Source: Candidatus Latescibacterota bacterium
Lineage (GTDB): Bacteria > Latescibacterota > UBA2968 > UBA8231
Length of the DNA: 64,000 bases
Direction of reading: 5' to 3'
NCBI GenBank assembly: GCA_965221775.1
Contig: CBDCSU010000006.1
Coordinates: 544,001-608,000, forward strand
A program made the translations under genes and the position numbers. How positions within the stretch are numbered: position 1 is the first letter of the stretch; the number at the start of each line of letters is the position of its first letter. The notes below the pieces were generated by a model. The model saw only the letters and a list, made by a program, of their open reading frames with translations. It was not told the origin of the DNA and did not search any database. Positions 11,169 to 21,569 of the stretch are shown in pieces.

Positions 11169-11981
11169 TCAGCTCCTGAAGACGACGGTGTAGACGTAGG
11201 CGAGGGGGAAGGCGAAGAGGTAGGAGTCGAAGCGGTCGAGCATGCCGCCGTGGCCGGGGATCAGGACCGGCGCGTCCTTGACGCCGAGGTCGCGCTTGAT
11301 CGCCGACTCCACCACGTCACCGGCCTGCCCGCCGAGGGAGACGAGGACGAACAGTCCGGCCAGCTCCGGCAGCGACCACGTGGGCAGCCAGGGCCACAGC
11401 AGCAGCGGCACCAGGCCGCCGGCGAGGCCGCAGACGAAACCGGCCACCGTCTTGGCGGGGCTGATCGCCGGCGCCAGCCGCCGCCGGCCCCATTGCCGGC
11501 CGCCCAGGTAGGCGGCGGTGTCGGTGAGCCAGATGCAGGCGAAGAGGGCGATCATCATCCAGCCCGCCTCGTCTCCGAGGCGCGGCGCCAGCAGCAGCGG
11601 CGCCGCCCCCAGGACGCCCACGTAGACCAGGCCCCCGAGGGTGACCAGGGCGTTGGCGAGGAAGCCCTCCACGCCCCGGCGCAGGGCCGCGGCCAGGGCC
11701 ACGACGACGGCGGCCATCAGCAGCACCGCCAGCCCCGCGTCGGCGCCGCGCACCTGCAGGTAGAGGCACCAGGCCAGGGCCAGGGCGACACCCACGCCGA
11801 CGGCGGGCCGGTGCCCGGCGCGGCTCGCCATGTGCAGCAGCTCCCAGGTGCCGCGGCCGACGACCAGGACCACCAGGGCGAAGAGCGCCCAGCCCCCCGC
11901 CCAGAGGGCCGCCAGGACGGCGGGCACGAAGACGCACGCCGACAGCGAGCGGCGCGCCAGGGAACGGTCTTCGGCGCTCAC
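11169..11981 (-). CDS. cdsA: Phosphatidate cytidylyltransferase
   Basis: DTAAYLGG, ISPAKT, GDVVESAIKRDLGVKD, IPGHGGMLDRFDS. Confidence 0.95.
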   Translation of the reverse strand: MSAEDRSLARRSLSACVFVPAVLAALWAGGWALFALVVLVVGRGTWELLHMASRAGHRPAVGVGVALALAWCLYLQVRGADAGLAVLLMAAVVVALAAALRRGVEGFLANALVTLGGLVYVGVLGAAPLLLAPRLGDEAGWMMIALFACIWLTDTAAYLGGRQWGRRRLAPAISPAKTVAGFVCGLAGGLVPLLLWPWLPTWSLPELAGLFVLVSLGGQAGDVVESAIKRDLGVKDAPVLIPGHGGMLDRFDSYLFAFPLAYVYTVVFRS

Positions 11982-11984
11982 GGA

Positions 11985-12758
11985 TCACACGCCGAAGCGC
12001 CGCTGCCGCTGCTGGAAGGCGCGAACCGCCTCGTACAGGTGGTGGCGCCGGAAGTCGGGCCAGAACACGGGGGTGAACCAGATCTCGGTGTAGACCATCT
12101 GCCAGGGGAGGAAGTTGCTCAGCCGCATCTCGCCGCTGCAGCGGATCAGCAGGTCGGGGTCGGGCAGGCCGCCGGTGTAGAGCGCCCCGCCGAGGGCGTC
12201 CTCATCGATCTCGCCGGGGTCGAGAGAGCCGTCGCGCACCCGCCGGGCCAGCTCGCGGCAGGCGTCGACGAGCTCGGCGCGGCCGCCGTAGTTGAGGGCC
12301 AGGTTGAGGATGAGGCCGGTGTTGCCGGCGGTCTCGGCGAGGGCGTCGTCGAGGGCCTCGCGGACCCGGGCGGGCAGGCCGTCGAGGCGGCCCACGGCGT
12401 TGAGGCGCACCCGGTTGTCGTGCAGCTCCGGCGTCTCCTGGCGCAGCGACTCCTCGAGCCAGTGCATGAGGGCGCGGACCTCGTGGCGGGGCCGGTTCCA
12501 GTTCTCGCTGGAGAAGGTGTAGAGGGTGAGGACCTCGATCTCCAGCTGGCCGCAGGCGCGCACGATGTCGCGCACCGACTCGCGGCCGTGGCGGTGGCCC
12601 TCGGTGAGCTTGAGGCCGCGCTCCTTGGCCCAGCGCCGGTCGCCGTCCATGATGATGGCAACGTGCCGGGGCAGCGGCCCCGACTCCCTCAGGCGGCGCT
12701 GGAGATCGGCGTCGGCGGGGCTCTGGGCGGCCGGGGCGGGGCGTGTGCTGACGGTCAT
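11985..12758 (-). CDS. uppS: Undecaprenyl/isoprenyl diphosphate synthase
   Basis: PRHVAIIMDG, FSSENWNRP, NYGGR, PDLLIR, RLSNFLPWQ, RRFG; ATG 12758 preferred over the long ORF start. Confidence 0.93.
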   Translation of the reverse strand: MTVSTRPAPAAQSPADADLQRRLRESGPLPRHVAIIMDGDRRWAKERGLKLTEGHRHGRESVRDIVRACGQLEIEVLTLYTFSSENWNRPRHEVRALMHWLEESLRQETPELHDNRVRLNAVGRLDGLPARVREALDDALAETAGNTGLILNLALNYGGRAELVDACRELARRVRDGSLDPGEIDEDALGGALYTGGLPDPDLLIRCSGEMRLSNFLPWQMVYTEIWFTPVFWPDFRRHHLYEAVRAFQQRQRRFGV

Positions 12759-12893
12759 GGGGATTCGGCCGAATCGATTGGCTGCAAAGAAGTTATCGAA
12801 TCTACCGATTGGCCGCCGGGGCGTCCACATGGCGGCTCCGGCCGTCCGGCGGCCGGTTGACATGCGGACGGGCACGACTCTTGCATCCCCGCC

Positions 12894-13481
12894 ATGACCG
12901 ACCCGATCCCGCTGCAGAAGGCGCGCCGGCGCAGCGAGGCCCTGCGGTTGCTCGGAGAGCTGGCCCCCGGGCATGTAGCCGCCGCGAGCGGGCGCATCGC
13001 CCGGCGGGTCCTGGAGTCCCCGGCCTGGGGCCGCGCGCGGACGGTGCACACCTACGTCAGCAGCCTCCCCGGGGAGGTCGACACCCACGCCCTCGTCGAC
13101 GCCGCCCGGGCCCGGGGCATGCGCGTCCTCGTGCCGGTGGTGGCCGGCCGCCGGGAGCCGCTGCGCCACGCCGAGATCGGCGGCCTCGGAGAGCTGGCCC
13201 GGGGCCCCCTGGGCCTGCTGCAGCCGCGGAGTCCGCGGTTCGTCGAGCCCGCCCCGGACCTCGTCCTCGTCCCGGGGCTGCTCTTCGACCGGCGGGGCGG
13301 CCGCATCGGCCGCGGCGGCGGCTACTACGACCGCTTTCTCGCGGGGCTGGCCGGCGGCGAGAGGATCGGTCTGATTTACGACGAGCTCTTCGTCGACCGG
13401 GTCCCCACCGAGGACCACGATGTCGCCGTCGACGCCGTCGCCACCCCCTCCGGCCTGCACCCGAGGAGAGAGCCCCCATGA
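12894..13481 (+). CDS. 5-formyltetrahydrofolate cyclo-ligase
   Basis: EVDT, DLVLVPGLLFD, RIGRGGGYYDR, HDVAVD. Confidence 0.92.
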   Translation: MTDPIPLQKARRRSEALRLLGELAPGHVAAASGRIARRVLESPAWGRARTVHTYVSSLPGEVDTHALVDAARARGMRVLVPVVAGRREPLRHAEIGGLGELARGPLGLLQPRSPRFVEPAPDLVLVPGLLFDRRGGRIGRGGGYYDRFLAGLAGGERIGLIYDELFVDRVPTEDHDVAVDAVATPSGLHPRREPP

Positions 13482-13786
13482 TCTTCGAGCTGCGCATCTA
13501 CCGACTGCACCCGGGCCAGAGGCCCGCCTTCGTGCGCCAGTTCCGCCGGGCCCGCCGCTTCATGAGCAAGTACGGCGTCACCTTCGTCGCCGCCTGGGAG
13601 ACCGACCGCGACGACGAGTTCGCCTGGATGCGCGCCTTCCCCAGCCGCAAGGCGCGGGACGAGGCGATCGACGCCTATTACAGCAGCCCCGAGTGGCTGC
13701 GCATCGTCGACGACCTGCGGCCCATGATCCGCCGCCGGGAGGTGCGGGTCATGGACAAGATCACCGACAAGGGGTCGCTGTTGTAG
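13478..13786 (+). CDS. NIPSNAP family protein
   Basis: MIFELRIY...FAWMRAFPS...YYSSPEW; ATGA overlap with the upstream stop. Confidence 0.85.
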   Translation: MIFELRIYRLHPGQRPAFVRQFRRARRFMSKYGVTFVAAWETDRDDEFAWMRAFPSRKARDEAIDAYYSSPEWLRIVDDLRPMIRRREVRVMDKITDKGSLL

Positions 13787-13833
13787 CCTCGAGCAGGCCC
13801 CGTCCGTAGTTTCACCCTCACCCCGAGGACCTC

Positions 13834-14862
<1,029 letters not shown>

Positions 14863-14872
14863 GCCCGCCCGC

Positions 14873-15445
14873 GTGCCGCCCCGACCCTTCGACCCGGGCA
14901 TCGGCCGCTACGCGCCCGGGACACCTTTCCCGCCGTACCGCCACGAGCCCGGCGTGACCCCGCACCCGCGCACCGATCCCCGCGGCCACGGCCACGGCGA
15001 GCCCGAGCCGGCCAGCGCCCCCCTCACCGGCGGCAACTGGAGCACCCACCCCGCCTACCTGCTCGGGGCAGATCTCTTCAACCACGCCTACTGGTGGGAG
15101 TCCCACGAGTGGTGGGAGGCGGCCTGGCGGGCCACGGAGGACGAGACCACGCGGACCTACCTGCAGGGGCTGATTCAGCTCGCGGCGGCGCTGATCAAGT
15201 GGCACGCCGGCAACCCCCGCGGCCGGCGGCGGCTGTGGCGGCGCAGCCGCCAGCGGCTGCGGAGCGTGGCCGCCCGGGACCCGGTCTTTCTCGGCGCCGA
15301 CGTGGTGGACCTGGTGGAGCGCGCCGGGGTACTGCTGGAGGCGGAGACCGCCGGGGGCTCGTCGGAGGCGCCGGTGGAGGGACCGACGCTGCGGCTGGAC
15401 CTGCCCCGGCACGGCGGGCGGCCTGCCGGGGCCGCCTCCGCCTGA
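14873..15445 (+). CDS. DUF309 domain protein
   Basis: LFNHAYWWESHEWWEAAW...LQGLIQLAAA. Confidence 0.85.
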   Translation: MPPRPFDPGIGRYAPGTPFPPYRHEPGVTPHPRTDPRGHGHGEPEPASAPLTGGNWSTHPAYLLGADLFNHAYWWESHEWWEAAWRATEDETTRTYLQGLIQLAAALIKWHAGNPRGRRRLWRRSRQRLRSVAARDPVFLGADVVDLVERAGVLLEAETAGGSSEAPVEGPTLRLDLPRHGGRPAGAASA

Positions 15446-15731
15446 AGCCCAAGGCGCGCCCGGTGGAGGTGCGCCGGCCGCCAATCCACTCTCGCTCAGG
15501 CCGAAGGCCACCCCCCCGGCTGTCCGAGGCGCGGCTGTCCGGGCGCCCCCTCTCGCTGTTGCAGCAGCCCTGGAGGCGGTGGGGGTGCGCACCGTTCCCC
15601 CTCACGCTGAGGGCAGGCGTCGGGGCAAGCGCGGCGGTAGCGGGCCGGGTGCTCCGGCCGCCGCTCGGGGCGCGCCGATCCGCGCAGGCACGGCCGCCCG
15701 CTCCCGCCGGGGCCGCTGAGGCCGCTCCGCC

Positions 15732-16652
15732 TCAGCCCGCGGCCGTGGCGGAACGCCAGTCCTCAACCATCCCGTGCGCCTCGAGGAAGGCCTCCACGAG
15801 GGCGCGCACGGCGGGTCCGAACCAGCGCCCCCGCCGCCAGGCGAGGCCGATCTGCCGCGACAGGGCCACCCCCGGGACGCGGACCTCGCGCAGGGCGCCG
15901 CTTTCCAGCGACTCGGCCACGGCCAGGCGCGGCAGGAAGGAGATGCCGATGCCGGCCTCCACCAGCTTGCGCATCGCCTCGGGGCTGCCCATCTCCATCG
16001 CCGCCCGCGGCGCCACCCCGGCCTCGGCGAGGCCCGCGTCGACGATGCGCCGCGACACCGACCCCGGCGGGAACAGGATCAGCGGCTCGCGGGCGACCTG
16101 CTCGAGGGAGATCCGCCGGCGGCGCGCCAGCCGATGGCCGGCGCCCACGACCAGGGGCATCTCGTCGCGCAGAACGGGAAGCGTGGACAACCGCGGGTCC
16201 TCGAAGGGCAGGGAGATGACGGCGAACTCCGAGCGGTTGGCCAGCACCTCCTCCACCAGGTGGCGGGAGGAGGGCCCCACCTCGATGGCCAGCTCCACCC
16301 CCGGGTGGGCGGCCACGTAGCCGCGCAGCACCTCCGGCAGCAGGTAGATGACGGCGGCGTCGATGGCGCCGAAACGGAAACCGTCTCCCGACCCCGGCTC
16401 GCCGCCGCCGACGCTCTCCCGGGCCTCGTCGACGAGGTCCTCGATGCGCACCGCGAAGTCCACGAGGCGGCGGCCCTCGTCGGTCACCTCCACCTGCCGG
16501 CCCCGGTGGAAGAGGCGCACCCCCAGGGACTGCTCCAGCTCGGCGATGGCGCTGGAGACGGTGGGCTGGGTCACGTGCAGGGCCCGGGCGGCCTGGGTGA
16601 AGCCGCCGCCCCGGGCGGCGGCGAGGAAGTAGCGCAGGTGGTGAAGGTTCAT
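15732..16652 (-). CDS. LysR-family transcriptional regulator
   Basis: FTQAARALHVTQPTVSSAIAELEQSLGVRLF HTH; VEAGIGISFLP; contains no cysteine. Confidence 0.95.
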   Translation of the reverse strand: MNLHHLRYFLAAARGGGFTQAARALHVTQPTVSSAIAELEQSLGVRLFHRGRQVEVTDEGRRLVDFAVRIEDLVDEARESVGGGEPGSGDGFRFGAIDAAVIYLLPEVLRGYVAAHPGVELAIEVGPSSRHLVEEVLANRSEFAVISLPFEDPRLSTLPVLRDEMPLVVGAGHRLARRRRISLEQVAREPLILFPPGSVSRRIVDAGLAEAGVAPRAAMEMGSPEAMRKLVEAGIGISFLPRLAVAESLESGALREVRVPGVALSRQIGLAWRRGRWFGPAVRALVEAFLEAHGMVEDWRSATAAG

Positions 16653-16653
16653 G

Positions 16654-16690
16654 ATAGGCTTGGTCTATCGTTGGCATAGAAACTATCGAT
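16654..16690. promoter_or_regulatory. LysR tetramer binding site
   Basis: ATAG-N7-CTAT-N7-ATAG-N7-CGAT in an AT-rich patch between the divergent lysR and ino1. Confidence 0.7.
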
Positions 16691-16777
16691 TTGTGCAATG
16701 AGAGAGAAGGCCTAGGTTCGTGCCGCGGCGGGCTATCCCCGGCCGCCGATCCCCCCACCAAGCCAGGAGCTGCCTCC

Positions 16778-18091
<1,314 letters not shown>

Positions 18092-18263
18092 GGGCTCCCG
18101 GACGGGGCAGGCAGGACCATCCTCGCGCGGCTCCCCCCTCGCTGATCCCCCCCGCCTCGACCGGTCCGGCCCACTCCGCACCGCCGTCGACTCCAGGGTT
18201 GCTCGGGATGTCCCCCGTCCATAGGTTGGCCGCCACTCCCCCGCCCACCCCTTCGGAGGTGAA

Positions 18264-19265
18264 ATGACCACGGCACATCGCCTTGCCGATGCACCGCCGA
18301 TGGCTGCCATGGGCTCTCCCAGCGATGTCGGGAGCCTAGGCGACTTGGTGCCGGAGCCGCTCCGGCAACTGCTGGAAGAACACGGCCAGAAGGCGATCCC
18401 ACTGATCGCCAGGGATCCTTCCCTTGGCCGGTTGGCCGAGTCCGCCAGCCAGTCCGTGGAGACGTGGCACAGACTCTACAACGCCGACGCGCGGGGATTG
18501 CAGTTCCTCGCCGACGACAGCATCCACCTCGTGGTCACCTCACCGCCGTACTGGACACTGAAAGAGTATGACGAGGCGGACGGCCAGCTCGGCAGCGTCT
18601 CGGACTACGACTCGTTCCTGGATGAACTGGACAAGGTCTGGTCAGAGGTTCTCAGAGTACTGGTCCCCGGCGGGCGCCTGGTAGTCGTGGTCGGGGACGT
18701 CTGCCTGTCCCGCAAGAAGCACGGCCGGCACGTGGTCTATCCCCTGCATTCGAGCATTCAGGAACGTTGCAGGGCCTTGGGATTCGACAACCTCACCCCG
18801 ATCATCTGGCACAAGATCGCCAACGCCCGCCTGGAGGTGGAGAATGGAAGCGGCTTCCTCGGGAAGCCGTACGAGCCCAACGCCGTCGTGAAGAACGACA
18901 TGGAGTTCATCCTCTTTCAGCGCAAGCCGGGAGGGTATCGACAACCCGAGGCGGCGGCTCGCTTGCTCTCGGCGATTCCGCAGGACCGTCACAAGCAGTG
19001 GTACCAGCAGATATGGACCATGCCCGGCGCCTCGACGCGGAACCACCCGGCGCCATTCCCCATGGACCTGGCCGAGCGCCTCGTCCGGATGTTCTCCTTC
19101 GTCGGCGACACCGTGCTGGATCCCTTCACCGGCACGGGGACCACGAACCTTGCGGCGAGAGCCTGGGGGCGAAACAGCATCGGTGTCGAGGTGTGCGAGA
19201 ACTACTTCGATATCGCCAGGACGCGGTTGCAGTCGCAGCAACTGAGGCTGGGCCAGATCGAATGA
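18264..19265 (+). CDS. Site-specific N4-cytosine/N6-adenine DNA methyltransferase, beta class
   Basis: Catalytic VTSPPY precedes HPAPFP and SAM motif VLDPFTGTGTT; GGAGGT RBS. Confidence 0.93.
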   Translation: MTTAHRLADAPPMAAMGSPSDVGSLGDLVPEPLRQLLEEHGQKAIPLIARDPSLGRLAESASQSVETWHRLYNADARGLQFLADDSIHLVVTSPPYWTLKEYDEADGQLGSVSDYDSFLDELDKVWSEVLRVLVPGGRLVVVVGDVCLSRKKHGRHVVYPLHSSIQERCRALGFDNLTPIIWHKIANARLEVENGSGFLGKPYEPNAVVKNDMEFILFQRKPGGYRQPEAAARLLSAIPQDRHKQWYQQIWTMPGASTRNHPAPFPMDLAERLVRMFSFVGDTVLDPFTGTGTTNLAARAWGRNSIGVEVCENYFDIARTRLQSQQLRLGQIE

Positions 19266-19993
19266 GCCCCATCCCTGCTGGTATCGACAACTTCGTGCAC
19301 CATCTCCGGTCCGAGGGGTATCACCCTCGCTCCGACAAGCACAGCAATTCCCTGAGTTGCTCCGTGGTGGGAGACCTGCTGTCCCGGTGTCCGCTGATCC
19401 GGTCTCAAGCAGCCGCTGGAGACTTGGTCTTCAGCTTCAACTTCGACCTGCTTCAGGGCACTTCGGGCTGGAACGTCGATCTCGTCCTGGGAACACCGTC
19501 ACCGGCCGACAGGCAGGCCGTGACCGAGGGAGAGATGCGCCGGGCACCCGCGTCCACCGTTCGGATCGCCATCGAGCACAAGGCCGTGATGACGGAACAC
19601 CACAAGGCGGTGAGGAACAGGAAGCGGGACTTCGAAGCACACCACGAGCACGTGCACAGGTACAGCTCATCCGCCATTGCCGGAGGGATCCTGATCGTGA
19701 ATGGATCCTCCTCGTTCAAGTCTCCTCTTCGCCCGGAAATCACCCAGCATCGAGATCCGAAGGCGCTCCTCGGGCATTGCATCGATCAGATGAGGGCGGT
19801 CTCTCAGAGAACGGACTCCACGGAGTCCGGCCTGGAGGCGAAGGCGGTTGTCGCTGTTGACCTCGACAACGTGAACCTGGACCGGGCCAGTCTCTACACG
19901 TCACCACCGGCTCCCCAAGTCGGGGATCCACTCCACTACGACGCCTTCATCGAACGTCTCTGCACCCTGTACATGGAGCGGTTCCCGACCTGA
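19262..19993 (+). CDS. Putative type II restriction endonuclease (PD-(D/E)xK-like)
   Basis: ATGA overlap with the MTase stop; 243 aa with VDLVLG...IAIEHK (D...ExK) pattern. Confidence 0.65.
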   Translation: MSPIPAGIDNFVHHLRSEGYHPRSDKHSNSLSCSVVGDLLSRCPLIRSQAAAGDLVFSFNFDLLQGTSGWNVDLVLGTPSPADRQAVTEGEMRRAPASTVRIAIEHKAVMTEHHKAVRNRKRDFEAHHEHVHRYSSSAIAGGILIVNGSSSFKSPLRPEITQHRDPKALLGHCIDQMRAVSQRTDSTESGLEAKAVVAVDLDNVNLDRASLYTSPPAPQVGDPLHYDAFIERLCTLYMERFPT

Positions 19994-20021
19994 GCCCCGG
20001 GGCTCCCTCCGCCTCAGCACA

Positions 20022-20126
20022 TCAGCCGAAGGTGCCGTCCTTGCGCTGGTGGAGCCAGACGTGGTTGCCGTCCGGGTCCTCGATGCAGGAGAGATGGCAG
20101 ATGGGGCTCTCCTGGGCCGGGAAGGG
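20022..20126 (-). pseudogene. 3' remnant of a VOC/glyoxalase-family gene
   Basis: Own translation PFPAQESPICHLSCIEDPDGNHVWLHQRKDGTFG* with the DPDGN VOC motif and host-like codons; in-frame TGA directly upstream and no start. Confidence 0.7.
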
Positions 20127-20220
20127 TCAAGGGGCTATTCCTGTCATCGCCGGAGGATGGCCCCTGACAGCCCTTTCAAGCCCCGGCGCCCCCGTTGCCC
20201 GGCCCGCGCCGAATCGGCGT

Positions 20221-20249
20221 TTGACGGCCCTCTCGGGCCGCCGTATCGT
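20221..20249 (+). promoter_or_regulatory. Sigma70-type promoter
   Basis: TTGACG-N17-TATCGT upstream of AAGGA RBS and ATG 20287. Confidence 0.6.
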
Positions 20250-20286
20250 GGCCCGGCTCAAGGCCCCCTTACAAGGAACCCACGCC

Positions 20287-20502
20287 ATGATCCGTATGAC
20301 CACCTGGGTGGCCGCCGTCTTGGTGGTATTGATCGTGGCCGTTGCGATCGTTGTTTGCGTTCATCTTTGGACGACGAATCTTCGATACGAGATCGTCGGG
20401 GACGGACGCGCGGTTCACGTCCTCGACCGCAAGACAGGGACGATCCAGTGGATCGTAGACGGCGAGGTGCGCAATTCCACCGGCCCCTATCTCATTCGAT
20501 GA
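20287..20502 (+). CDS. Small single-pass membrane protein, hypothetical
   Basis: 71 aa, hydrophobic N-terminal helix then RYEIV...VLDRKTG; own promoter and RBS. Confidence 0.65.
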   Translation: MIRMTTWVAAVLVVLIVAVAIVVCVHLWTTNLRYEIVGDGRAVHVLDRKTGTIQWIVDGEVRNSTGPYLIR

Positions 20503-20634
20503 CCCTTTGGATAGCGTTGGGGAAGCCAAGGCGGTACCGGATCGACAGTTGGCAGTGCTAGTCTGGGCACCTCTCTCTTACCGTTCGATCCAGTGACTAC
20601 TACTTTGCGTTCACACGATTGAGAAGGCGCCGAG

Positions 20635-21483
20635 ATGAACGAGCCTGACAGGTCGAGGCTTGAGGTCTTGAAGAACAGCGTAGTCAAGTCCATGTTCATA
20701 GACATGGCAGATCGTGACTATGTAGCTTCGCGACTGGCTTACCGCATGCAAATGTACAACCTGTTCTTCTGGTCGGCTGGTCAGGCGATCGAGAAGTACC
20801 TTAAAGCATCTTTGCTGCTAAATGGGAAGTCTGCCAAGCTTGGCCACGACTTGATTGAGTTGTTCAAGGCAGTCTCCAAGTACGCATCGGATCTCTTTCC
20901 TGAGAAGCTGACAAAGCCTGACGATCTTTCATCAAACAGTTGGAGGGAAGAATCTCCATCTGATTTCTTGATACGGTTCAATAAGTATGCCAATCCCCAT
21001 ACTCGCTACAATTTGACTGGATACGTTACGCTTGACGAGGACTTGTTTCACTTGGATCAGTTTGTATTTGCAGTTAGACGAATGGCGGTGTCTTTGGAAG
21101 CTTACCCATTTGTCTCTCCCAAGAGTCCGAGACCGGGTTCTCCGCGAACAATGCGAGAACTGTTGAAGAGGGCTTATAGGCTTCAGCCCTACCACCTCGA
21201 CTTCAAGAAAGCTCTAGAGAGGATCCCTGATCTGAGCATGCACGAGGCGGCACTTTCGGGGAATTTCCCTTTTGCTCCTCCAGATCATGTCCATGAAGAT
21301 GTTAGGGTGGGGACCGTCTTATCGATTCCGGTGCTTGACTTCATGATCATTGGTGAGGAGGAGAACTCGTCTGAAGCTCTGGTGGCAGCTGCCCTTGCTG
21401 ATTGGACTGTAGAGAATATCAGGTTGCCGAAGTGTCTGGAGAAAAAACTCAGAAACGAGGCTGTGCGTCTAAGAGGAGCTTAA
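20635..21483 (+). CDS. HEPN domain-containing protein
   Basis: ADRDYVASR...QAIEKYLKA...GHDL...RY HEPN pattern; visibly AT-richer than the flanks. Confidence 0.75.
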   Translation: MNEPDRSRLEVLKNSVVKSMFIDMADRDYVASRLAYRMQMYNLFFWSAGQAIEKYLKASLLLNGKSAKLGHDLIELFKAVSKYASDLFPEKLTKPDDLSSNSWREESPSDFLIRFNKYANPHTRYNLTGYVTLDEDLFHLDQFVFAVRRMAVSLEAYPFVSPKSPRPGSPRTMRELLKRAYRLQPYHLDFKKALERIPDLSMHEAALSGNFPFAPPDHVHEDVRVGTVLSIPVLDFMIIGEEENSSEALVAAALADWTVENIRLPKCLEKKLRNEAVRLRGA

Positions 21484-21569
21484 GGACCAAGGGCTGCGGT
21501 GAATCCAGAAGGGAAGGTCGACTCCCCTTCTCGAGGCTAGACGGAATCGGTGCCGCGGATCTTCATCCT

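Noticed and set aside
12759-12893. 6S RNA upstream of the 5-formyl-THF cyclo-ligase
   Set aside because: Only 135 bp shared by two divergent promoters; no long rod-like self-complementarity seen
15732-16652. OxyR
   Set aside because: The binding-site pattern is OxyR-like but the protein has no cysteine
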